From Psammoneis japonica (taxonomy: Eukaryota), in assembly GCA_008632985.1 (NCBI GenBank), contig QPGO01000020.1:682001-746000 (forward strand): a stretch of 64,000 nt of DNA, given 5' to 3'. A program made the translations under genes and the position numbers. The notes below the pieces were generated by a model. It made no database searches and was not told the origin of the DNA. It was given only the letters and a program-made list of their open reading frames with translations. This document shows positions 50,015 to 61,251 of the stretch, piece after piece; position 1 is the stretch's first letter, and each line of letters begins with the position of its first letter.

Positions 50015-51439
50015 ATGCGTTCTGAAGCATTGACGTTGTTGCTGTTGCAGCTCTGTGTCGTTTCAACGACTGCCTTTGTGACACCCCATGCAACACCAAA
50101 ACATACCGCCGATACTTTGTTATTGTTTGCACGTAAGAAAGCAGCGAACGATAACAATGAGGACGAGTCAAACGAGGTGGATCCTGCGAAGCGTGCCGCA
50201 CTGGACGGAGTTCTACAACAGATTGAACGCAGTTATGGACGTGGATCTATAATGAAGTTGGGAAATGCAGAGAATATGAGGGTAGACTGCATTGGCACGG
50301 GGGCGTTGACACTCGGTACGTTTCACCTGTGCGCAAGTATAATGTAGCGCTTAAAGGGATATGCATTCATGTGAGCTCAGTACGGATCTGTTACTTCTTC
50401 TTATGTGTTAGATACGGCGCTGGGTGGTGGATACCCAAAGGGACGTGTCGTTGAGATTTATGGGCCAGAGAGCTCTGGGAAAACTACACTCGCGCTACAC
50501 GCGATTGCCGAATCTCAAAAGCTTGGAGGAACCGCCGCCTTTGTAGATGCAGAGCACGCTCTTGATCCATCGTATGCCGGTAGCCTCGGTGTGGATATCG
50601 ACTCGCTCCTCGTGTCTCAGCCAGACTCGGGAGAAATGGCTTTGGATATCGTGGACCAGTTGGTGAGGAGCTCGGCCGTTGATATCATTGTGGTGGACAG
50701 TGTAGCAGCTCTAGTACCCCGTGCCGAGCTTGAAGGAGACATGAGTGATTCTCAGATCGGTCTACAAGCTAGACTCATGTCCAAGGCAATGAGGAAAATC
50801 ACGGGTTCTCTGGCTCTTAGTCAATGCACAGTCATTTTCCTGAATCAACTGCGTTCCAAGGCAAGTTCTTTTTCCTTTTTGTACAGCATCTCATTGCTCT
50901 CCAATTATACATGCCGTGCTCAAATTATCTTTTTGTTTCTTACCTAGGTCGGTGTCATTTATGGATCACCCGAGGTTACATCCGGAGGCAACGCCCTAAA
51001 GTTTTATTCATCGGTTCGATTGGATACGCGACGAAAAGAAATTCTCCCCGACAATGCCGGCATTCGCATCAAGGTCAAGGTGGTCAAAAACAAGGTGGCT
51101 CCTCCGTTTGAAGTTGTCCTTCTCGATGTATTATTTGGAAGCGGCATTGATACATTGGGCAACATTGTAGATGCCGCTTTGGATTTGAACGTGTTGGATC
51201 GCAAAGGTTCTTGGTATGCATACCAGGGATCAAATCTTGCTCAGGGGAGGCAAAATGTTGTCGAGTTGCTCAAACAAAATGAGGAATTGAGAGAGCAACT
51301 TGAAAGCCGAGTCAGGTTGGCTCTATCCGACATGGCGAATCCAAACGAAGAGTCGTCCGAGACTACTGCAGGTGAAGAGGCAAAGGTGGGTCGGACCTTG
51401 CCTAGCGAGATTATTGAAGAGGACACTTATCTCGAGTAG
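50015..51439 (+). CDS. recA: Plastid-targeted RecA recombinase; exons 50015-50315, 50412-50860, 50948-51439
   Basis: Signal peptide plus [60 protein letters not shown] and [11 protein letters not shown]. The second intron is GC-AG. Confidence 0.96.
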
Positions 51440-52739
51440 CCTTGTCACCGAGGAAGTGTCGTGTATTATTGTATTATTTTAATTAGTTATTGGCAATTGT
51501 TTTAGCAACGTGGTGATGTAATGTGCTGCGCTTGTAACATACAAGGTAATGTGTAGGGTGGCCGAAGGAAACGGGGTGCCTACTTTTGTCTAGTGATCCT
51601 TCTATCTTCTGATGCACGGGCGAAAATGTTATCCGGTGGAAGTAGTCATCCTAGATGATCATTTATGTTATAGAGTTATCATTCAAAATGGCCCGAAGAG
51701 TCAGCAAGCGGTTGGTCTCTCCTTTTTATTGGCAGGATCCAGTGCGAATTAGCGAGTTGGACATTCACACACCGAACAAGTCAAGAGTGCGAACACAAAT
51801 CCAAAAGAAATCCACAGGTCCTGTAATGAGTACAAAACATTTACAGCAAAAGAGTGTCGTTAGTTAGATGGCCATTCGCAACCCTTGATCGTGGTGTCAG
51901 TCTCGCATCTTGCATCTGCGTGACTCATTCGCAGATGAGCAACTTAGCATCAATAGACAATGCAGGCACGCAAGAAATTGTCAATAGTATTGTTGGTATG
52001 GTTTTTGGGAAGCTTGTTCTGATTCAGAAGGGACTATCTAGGGCACCACGCAGCGCCATTATGGTACGATGAAGAAATGCGATTGCAACAGAATGGGGCA
52101 GATGTGGACAGGAAACTATCAGCTATCATTTGTCCTCGGGGGTGTTGCCTGGCTCAGAAGCATCTTTATATGAGTGATGAGGACGATCAGAACAAAATAA
52201 AATGAGTGACATAAGGAAACAAAAGCGCAATACGATTCGATCGCGACAGATATCGAAAATGAGTATCGAATCGTGGTGCAATTACAAAATCCATATTTTC
52301 ATCTTACAATTGGCTGATTGCCTTCAAACAAGCAACACAAATTGATTCCATTTGACAGTGATGAACAGCAGATGGCATTGACATTGTTGAAAGGATTGCC
52401 AACAGTCTAAAATGCAACTCCGATTTCCGATTCTCATGGTGGGTGTTGTTTTGAGGAAATGTGTTCACACGTGACTGAATGAGTCCCGTCAATCATCGCT
52501 GTGCGGTATGTCGCGCTCGCTCGCTCATGCATACGCAACAAGGAAAAGGTTAGATCCGGGTTCCTTTTCCTTTTCCAATGACGTCATGACACAGGAGAAG
52601 GACGGACGGTATATGGTTTGGGAATCTGGAAACAATAAAATCGATCATCAAAATCACGCTATTCATTTCATACAACCATCGCTTCTTTTGCAACTACTAA
52701 CCATCAACCATCTCCTATTTCTCCCTCTATATAAGCATC

Positions 52740-54630
52740 ATGCCGTTAACAGAGTCGTCTAGTGAAAAGAAGAAGAAAAAGAAAAAGTCTTCAAAGCGAT
52801 CCAACAAGTCTGAGAAACCTCGTCATGATGATCCCGAGCCACAGATCCAAGATCACGAAGTAAATGTTGCGGTTCATCGTGTTCGCTGTTTGGAGTACAA
52901 GCCTACCCCGATTGAAGTAGCGATAACGTGTTGTTGGAAGAAGACGTGGTCGCATTGAGTCGGAGCAACGGGCACGTGGAATTAAAAAGTCCGTCTCAGA
53001 AATGGCGCACGCTGTCAACCATTCACGGTCAGTCGAATCGTCCAATCAACGCCATGGTCTGGACTCGTTGTTCGAACAATAACAACAAGACTCTTGTTGG
53101 TGCTTCCTCGGATGGTACCTTGTCTGTGTTGGATTGGGAGCAGGGTGTGGCGCGTAGCGTTGTTTTCTATGGGGGAGGTGGTGTGCAGTGCTTGGCGAGT
53201 CTCTGCAATCACGCCGAAAACAACGACGAGTATAAGACATGCTGTAATCTTTTATTGTCGGTTGCATGGAGACGCATCCCTGGCAAGAACGACAGTAGTA
53301 CTGTCTTGTATGCGGCAGTTGCGGATGGAACCATTCGGCGTTATGATTCTTCATCTTTGGCTGAAAGCAGTATGAAATGGTCGTCTACGTTACGCATGAC
53401 GTGGAATGCTTGGGAAGATCCACTCCAACCCTGACGTGGAGTCTTTTGGCCTTGCACGGTGGCGATACCGTCGAGTCGGGTGATTCCTTGGGTCATGTTC
53501 AGTTTTGGAATGGCAAGACAGGAACGCTCATTTCGAGTTGTAATCAGAATGATTCTCATGCAGACGTATTTTTGTGCTTGGCGACCACTCGAGACGAGTC
53601 GCGTGTGTTTGCGAGTGGGGTGGATTCAAGAGTTGTGTGTATCGAGAAACAACTGCACAAGAATAATTGGATCTTGACTCATGCGCAACGACCGCATACA
53701 CATGATGTCAAGGCCATGGCGGTGGCAATTCTCAAGAGTACTTGTGCAGCGGTGGTATCGATACCAAGTTGTGTGTCTACAACACCAAGCGAAAAGAGTT
53801 TGCAAAGGATCACCCCAAAATCATATACCCGTGGCCAAGTGTGTCGCCCATTACGGTAGCGCCGCAAGGCCGAATCTTGGCCTTGATAAGACCTGCTTCC
53901 ATTGACTTTTTCAAATTGTCACAGCCCGTACACGATTCTTCGTCGTCCCTGGTAGCCGATCAAGATGCAGGGGAAGTCTTGTCAACTTTAAACATCAAGA
54001 GTTCAACAAATCTCATTTGTGCTGCCATGGATTCGGACGCGACTTTATTGGCTGTCTCGGATGCACTGGATGGACTACTCATATTTCAGTTGGACATCAA
54101 CCTACATGACAAAGCAGTGAATTCAATTCCAGTGCCGCTGCCGTCGTCCATGAGATTCCCTTGTGTTTCTGTCACTTTCTGTGGACCGGGTCGATTAGCT
54201 TGCGCTACAATTCATGGTGAGATCGTTATTGTGGAACTCGGAAAAGACGACAGTGACAAGGTCGTCGTAGAGAACCAACATATTGTCTCTACTGACGACG
54301 TGGTAGATCAGAGAATGGGCTTGTTCTCAATCCATAAACTCAGCGCCTCGCATGATGGACAATGGCTTGTTGCATGCCAAAATGGTATGAATCAACAAGG
54401 ACAGATTCAAGTCTTTTCGAAAAATGACGATGGCTCCTATCAGCATTTCTGGACTGTACCGGAACTCAATGTCCCATTTACAACCGCAGACTTTTTGCTT
54501 GGGGAGAAGGTACAGTTGATTGTTTCGTGTATCAACTACGGGTTTTATATCTTTGACTTGAAGGAAAAGTCTCTATCAAAATGGAGCGAGAGGGCTGGCT
54601 TTCCAATTACGCCGGTTTTGCCTCAGGAAC
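52740..54630 (+). pseudogene. UTP4/Cirhin-like WD40 gene, frameshifted and 3'-truncated
   Basis: VHRVRCLEYKPTPI, ALSRSNGHVEL, SGDSLGHVQFWN, FASGVDSRV, HTHDVKAMA and SGGIDTKL occur in four successive ORFs; frameshifts near 52920, 53400 and 53740. Confidence 0.75.
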
Positions 54631-55084
54631 AAAACCCACCCGGCGCGGCGACGAAGCCCTTGCTTGCCAGCGTCACTCCGCTGGACTACACACTCATTCT
54701 CGGGGTCAGCTCAGCAGAAGGGATAGAGGCCAAGTTCACTTCCAAACAGGTCGACAAGCTCCTAATTTCTTGCAAGGAACTGGGGCTTGGCAGAGGCCGC
54801 CCATTTCAAGGCTCTCCCGTGGCACGATCCCAGGTTCAGCAGCAAATACGGAAAGCGCTGTATCATCACCTCCCGACGCGAGCTAATTGGTGATAGAGAA
54901 ACCACGTGGCAGTTGTGCCAACGTCTCGCGGTGTATTTCGGAATGCAAGCTCCCTGCGATACGCCCGCTACTCCTGTAAAGGTTCGAGAGGCCAGTCGCA
55001 GAGCTTCTATGTCGTCCTTCCGTGGAACCTATAAGAAGCGAGCTCGATTGGATCATTGATGAATATGTATGCTGTCAATCAGGC

Positions 55085-55401
55085 NNNNNNNNNNNNNNNN
55101 NNNNNNNNNNNNNNNNNNNNNNNNNNNNNNNNNNNNNNNNNNNNNNNNNNNNNNNNNNNNNNNNNNNNNNNNNNNNNNNNNNNNNNNNNNNNNNNNNNNN
55201 NNNNNNNNNNNNNNNNNNNNNNNNNNNNNNNNNNNNNNNNNNNNNNNNNNNNNNNNNNNNNNNNNNNNNNNNNNNNNNNNNNNNNNNNNNNNNNNNNNNN
55301 NNNNNNNNNNNNNNNNNNNNNNNNNNNNNNNNNNNNNNNNNNNNNNNNNNNNNNNNNNNNNNNNNNNNNNNNNNNNNNNNNNNNNNNNNNNNNNNNNNNN
55401 N
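55085..55401. other. Assembly gap (N run)
   Basis: 317 Ns. Confidence 1.
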
Positions 55402-58400
55402 CGCAAATACTCAACAACTTTTCTCGAAAGACACAACCCGCACGATACATAATACAGCAAAACATCAATTTGAATCATGGCACCGCAAGTATTGCAACAA
55501 GAGAGTCCCTTTGACGAGGTGGAAATCAGCAATGAAATAATGATGTCTTTGTAAACAAGTCTACTACCGCACCAGCATCCGAAAACAACGAGACTGTACC
55601 CTTTGGGAGACACCGCAAGTTTCGCATCATCGCCGTCATACCGGTTTCGTGGCGATTGTGATTGGAGTTTTCATCATTTTAACGGGTAATGCCAATCCCA
55701 AAGCTTTCTTTGTTACCGTTGATCCACCCGGCAAGGAGGAACCGGATCGTTGGTATGCAGCGTCCCACGTCGGGATTGCGTTTGCGTGTCGTGAATGCAT
55801 GCTGTGACGGCGAATGGAAGGCTCTGTTTGATGCTTCCCTCAGTGATTGGAACTCAGAGACATCGATTCGAGCGACACAGGATATGGGTTGTCAACCGCA
55901 AATGAAATGACTCAAGGTTTGCAATGGCAATTATGGCAATACCGATTGGCAAGGACTCAATACGATTTTGTTGAGACGAGAGTTGATTGTGTGGAGCACG
56001 GCGCGACTCAATGACGATCAATCCATGGATAGTGATTGAAAGTATTATTCAATGTGAGTTTTAATACTGTGCTGAGTCTTTGTTTTGTTGATTGTGCACA
56101 GTAGCGTTGTTGTTTGGGTGGTATATTTTGGTGTTTGTTTGGCGAAGTGTTGGTATTCTTTCGTCTCTCAAAACGCGCACCTCACTCATCTACTCTTACT
56201 CGATAGTCCATCCATTCTAATATTGATTTTAGGTGCCACGAATTGGGTCACGGAGTTGGTTTGCCACATTCCGACGAAAATCTTAACCGAGGTGACTGCA
56301 TGGATTACACAACCCGGCTCTGTTCCAACAAGCTGCCGGGACAGCACAATTTAAATATCCTCAAAAAGCTCTACGGAACGCCCGACGAGCCACTTGTGTA
56401 GTTCCGCCACCGACGTGAATGGTACTACTTCTAGAAACTCACGTCCCAATCGAAATGGCAATACTCGATGAATGGAAGACAATTGTTTCATGGTGACAAT
56501 TCCACCCTCATGGACGAGACAGTGAACGATAGCACCACCAGCACTATTCTACAACAAGTGGTGCTCATTTCTGCAACATGAAAAAAAGCTGCGCTGCTCC
56601 AGCCAGCAGCTCATGGCTGCTGATGCAGCTTGTGTGTGCCATATCATCATCCGCACTTGAACTTGGGGCACAAGTCGTGGTGCACCGCTCAATGCTGCAG
56701 TGTGTGGTATGTGTGCACTTTTCTCTCATATTGTCTCTCCGCGACAACGCAATGACCAACATGAGCAAGCTTCTGATGACCACGTTGTCCCTTTTGGCAT
56801 TCAGGCCACCGGACAGTGTACCAGCATCTCCAATGTAACGGAGCTCATTGGTGTCCTTGACGGCGACGACCCTAGATTCTCATATATCGGCACCGGCGGA
56901 ACCCGAAATCTTTGTCCGTTCAACTTCAACACTAAAGAAGCTCGGTATTTGCGGGCTTTAGCGATCCAGCTGTTTCGCTAACGTTGGTCTGTGATTCCGA
57001 TGACACAGGTGGAGATTGCGTCTTTGATTGCCCTTAGGCTTCCGTCCAAGGTAGACTGAACCTTCAGGAATACATCAAGATTAATGTCAAGCACTTGGCA
57101 ATGCTTGCCTCCAATAGAGGAAAATGGATCTTCAAGAATACGGTTGAGCGCCATTCTATAGGAATTACACCAGAGCGCACGGCAGAGATTCAGGGAGCTA
57201 TCTTTAACACAATGTAAGTCCAGTAAGGGTAATGATCGGTTGACGAAGCAAAGTATCACAAAGCTATAGAAGCTAAGACATTCTTTTTTGCGCACTTCTA
57301 TTTTCTACTCATTTCAACAGCACTGGTAGGGGAATTAGCTGTGGTGGCTCGTGCTCTGTATCCTACTCGACGTTTATCGGCTTGCGCAAACAAGGGGTGT
57401 CGGCTTTTGCCAATCTCAATCTGACGAATTGTTTGTTTCAGAACATTGCTCTCGGTGGTGGTGGAGCTCTTTAGGCAACAGTCTCTTCCCAGTACGCAAC
57501 TGCGAGTCACCAATTGCACGGTACGAGACAATTCCCAGATTGGTATTCCGGGCTTTGCGGTTGAGGGCAATGCCACTGTAACGTTCATTGGTCCTTCAGT
57601 GTTATCAACAACACTGCAAGGCAGCAGGCAGCTCCGGTTGTTCTTTTTGGAGGTGCTACTTCTAATGGTCTTTGCGACTCTACTATTGAGGGACATGTCA
57701 ATGTTCTAGATGGATCCGAGTGCAATGGAATTATCGTCCTTTCGAAAGGCGGAGTTTGCGAACCATGCTCAACTGACGCGCCGTCGTGATCCATGTCATC
57801 TGCCAGTCATTTACAGTCCAAGCATGGCGCAACGTATTTTTCTTTCATCAACCGATCCACAATGTATCGTGGCAGAGAGTAGTCGGTCAAGGCAAATTTA
57901 TTCTTCGGGCGGAAAAAAGCGCAGTAATAGCTAAAAACCACTTGCGCCCCCAAGCTGAAAGAGGGGGGCACCATGATTGTGACAGAGAAAATGCACTAAA
58001 AACCAGCTTGAAGATGTAGCAACTATGGCATCCAACCCAACTGCATGGCAGCAATAGACTCTACTGTAGCTACTGCTGCCTACTCTAGCTTTAGCTACGG
58101 TACTCTTACTCTAGCTAGAGTAGGAGAGAGAGTGCCGGCAGTGCTCCCGAGAAGGCAGGGCACCGGCAGCAGAGCAAAATGCTGGCAGTCGTACGTGAGC
58201 TGGGGTCGCGTTATGGTCGCGGATGCCTTATGCGGTGTTATCGTATTCCGCGACCCGCTACGATGACGTTTGCGTTGACCGATGTCGGCGTGGTCATCTT
58301 TTCTCGCTTGTTGACGAAGAGAATGCTACTGTACCCTGAAATTGAATGCAAGGCGACAAGCTTGGGGTACTCTGTAAAGTAGAAGTACATATACCTGACA

Positions 58401-58404
58401 AACG

Positions 58405-59442
58405 ATGTCAGCATCCTTTTGGAAATACCTGTCCATCCTTCTTTTATCTGTTCAGATAGAAGTATGCACATGCTTCGCGCCCTCCAAGGTGGCGCAAGCT
58501 TCGACCCAGTCAGTCAGGATGATGGGTCTGTTTGACCAGTTTGACAGGGTGCCCAAGGTGGAAAGACCGGTCGACTTTGTTGCTCCGGAACCTCGGCCAC
58601 TGGCAATAACCAGATCTTCAGCCTGGCCTAGCGTCTTGAGCGGCTCTTGGGCGCTGGCTGTGCGTCTTGGAACAGGTGCCTTTACTCTCGGTTGGAAAAT
58701 TGATTCGTTATTCGCACCAGACGATGGACAGTACGCACTGCAGCTTGGGCCATTTCGAATCAGAGATTCAAGTTCCGTGCTGCAAAATGCCCCTCGACCC
58801 GACAAGCCTCTGGTGCTGTATGAATATGAGGCCTCTCCTTTTTGCAAACGAGTCCGTGAAACTATAAACATTTTGGATTTAACTGTGGAATACAGGCCTT
58901 GCCCTGGCGCCAGAGCTGGCTTTTCTGACGAATTGTTCCAACGAACGGGGAGACGGACTGTACCGTACCTAGTGGATCCCAATACCGGTGTGGAAATGTT
59001 TGAGAGTGGGGACCAGATTGATTACTTGTTGGAGACGTATGGTCCACAAGACAAAGCTGCCTACGACACCAAGGCTCTGTGGCCAATCACTGTGGAATCT
59101 TTTTCTCTTACAACCTCTGTCATGGCGACACAAGCACGTGGGTTTGCGGGGAGCCAGCGTCAGTCAAATGCCCGTACCGACAATGAAAAAATGCAGCCCT
59201 TGCAGATTTGGGGTTATGAATGTTCGCCCTTTGTCAAACCGGTTCGAGAGAAGCTTTGTTCTCTCTGCCTACCTCACCAAATGGTGAGCTGTTCTCGTGG
59301 TTCTGTTAATCGAAACAAAATGGTAGAAAAGACTGGCCGCTTTCAAGTGCCATATCTCGTCGATCCTAATACCGGTGTCGAAATGTTCGAAGGATTGGAA
59401 ATTGTAGAGTACCTTGACAAAGTCTACACAAAGAATTCATAA
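58405..59442 (+). CDS. Tandem GST-N/thioredoxin-like domain protein (GST2N-type), probably plastid-targeted
   Basis: Two repeats: LYEYEASPFCKRVRE...VPYLVDPNTGVEMFES and WGYECSPFVKPVRE...VPYLVDPNTGVEMFEG; signal peptide followed by CFAP. Confidence 0.9.
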   Translation: MSASFWKYLSILLLSVQIEVCTCFAPSKVAQASTQSVRMMGLFDQFDRVPKVERPVDFVAPEPRPLAITRSSAWPSVLSGSWALAVRLGTGAFTLGWKIDSLFAPDDGQYALQLGPFRIRDSSSVLQNAPRPDKPLVLYEYEASPFCKRVRETINILDLTVEYRPCPGARAGFSDELFQRTGRRTVPYLVDPNTGVEMFESGDQIDYLLETYGPQDKAAYDTKALWPITVESFSLTTSVMATQARGFAGSQRQSNARTDNEKMQPLQIWGYECSPFVKPVREKLCSLCLPHQMVSCSRGSVNRNKMVEKTGRFQVPYLVDPNTGVEMFEGLEIVEYLDKVYTKNS

Positions 59443-59496
59443 ACGGGACAAGTCCAATGCGTCAAAATGAATGGAATTATCCTAAAGTTATAAAAG

Positions 59497-61048
59497 CTAT
59501 TCACTGTAGATAGTATTCAATGGCTTGCGGCGTTGGCGCGTCGAGCGGCGGAGGTTTTGACTAGTACCATCGGTTTCACCACTCGCGCTTGTACGATTCC
59601 GGCCACGACGCTGCCTTACTTGTTGCTGCTTGCTCTGAGATAATGGCTGTGTAGCCGTGGAGGAATCGTTATCCCCGCTCAAATCAATCGGGTCATCGTC
59701 TTGAACAAGGGCGCCTTCGTTTTCTTGTTCAGACGTTGCTTCGTGGGAACCCGAGTTGGTATCATCATCCTTCTCGTCTTCAGCAGCCGATGGTAGTTTG
59801 CTGTACAAGAATCGCACTACACTTGCGGTAACAGTCTTGTCGACATCCAATAATTCAAATTCTGATTCATCCCGGCGGGACAAGAGTCCAAAGCTCATTA
59901 GTTCCTCTTCCCATACGTCGTAATAGGCTGCAGTCTTTTCTGGGATTTGCAAACAACACCAGAGTATATAGGTGGCGTGACTGGAAAAGGGTATCCACCA
60001 CAAAATGGGCGAAAACAATCCCAACAAGGCATCAAACAAGCAATGCAATATCCAGTACTCCAGCAAGGACATAATGAGACTCGGCGTCGTTGTGTCCTTG
60101 GTAAGCAAGGCCTGTCTCGACTTGGCCGAGGGAACTACCGACTTGCAGTACAAGACACCACATTCAGTCAAGAAACAACCCGGCATGAAAAGCGTAATGG
60201 CTGGCGGTACAAAGGGAGCGCTCGCTTGTACAACATGAATCAACCATTCCTTTTGCTCTGTAGACAACAGCATGATAACGACTAAAACGTCCAGTAGGGA
60301 AGTCATCTTGTCGACAAAGAACTCCCACGTGCGATCAGGAACGGCACAACTCGTGTAATCATACATGCGTGCTGCGGCCGAGGACAAGCGACGGTAAACA
60401 ATTTCCAGAGGATAATTCTCTTCACGCCCGTCGTCGTCACCACCCATGACAATGTGAATCCACAAGTAAAAGACCAATTGAAGCTCCAAGAATAAATTTG
60501 CAGTACAGGCGGCTCGACCCACAATCAACACGAGAAGCTTGCTTGCGGCAGAAACAAGAGCGTACACAACCCAGTACTTGAGCCAACACTCGGCTGAATC
60601 CGACATGCTCTCTTCTGTAGTATCATGACTCGTTTCTTGTCGACGTCGCGGTGACATTGCTGCTTGGAACAAGCGTTGAACCAGCGGACTGCTCTCAGTT
60701 TCATTCTTTGATTTCTGTACACGTGCTCTGGGAGCTCTTCTGTTGCACGTCTGCGCTACAACCGTTGCATCATCTGTATCATCATTATTATTCTTGCTTG
60801 ACTGTACACTGCGCCACTTGTGAAGTAAGGCAATCGTGCATATAAATGGATACCATAACGATATGATTGATGCTACAGCCGTGTCGCAAGCCAAATGAGT
60901 TATAACTCGAGGAAGAGTGAGTTTTATGACTGCTGCAGTTCCCCAAAACACAACGTGGCGAAACAATACCATGATTGTCGTAAAATAATTGGCGAGCGTT
61001 GCAACCAAAAACTGCGCTTCACAGAGAACGTTCAGGAAGTAAAGAGGC
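59497..61048 (-). CDS. Multi-pass membrane protein with HVA22/TB2-DP1-like segments; 5' end unresolved
   Basis: Frame of more than 500 codons; WLKYWVVYA and LLEYWILH motifs; acidic/basic tail. Probable acceptor AG near 61049, with the upstream exon abutting repeat block 6. Confidence 0.65.
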
Positions 61049-61251
61049 TACAACAGCAGTAGAAGGGGGCATCCACGTTGACGACCTCCAAACAAACGAA
61101 ACAACAGCAAGGCTACAGTTTAGCTGGTATAATACCGTACCGTAGTCTACCGGTACCGCATGCACATGCCGGTCTTTTTGTTCTTTCGGCGCTTCGCTGA
61201 AAAATACCGACAGCCGACAGTGCGAGGGGTTGGACAGACGACCTCGCGCTA

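Noticed and set aside
50015..51439. Bacterial contamination or recent HGT suggested by recA
   Set aside because: The gene has spliceosomal introns and a bipartite plastid-targeting presequence; nuclear-encoded organellar RecA is expected.
55022..55613. ORFs spanning the N run
   Set aside because: Gap artefacts.
56555..56815. Small partially TA-poor patch
   Set aside because: Too short and still contains several TAs; cannot be distinguished from chance by eye.
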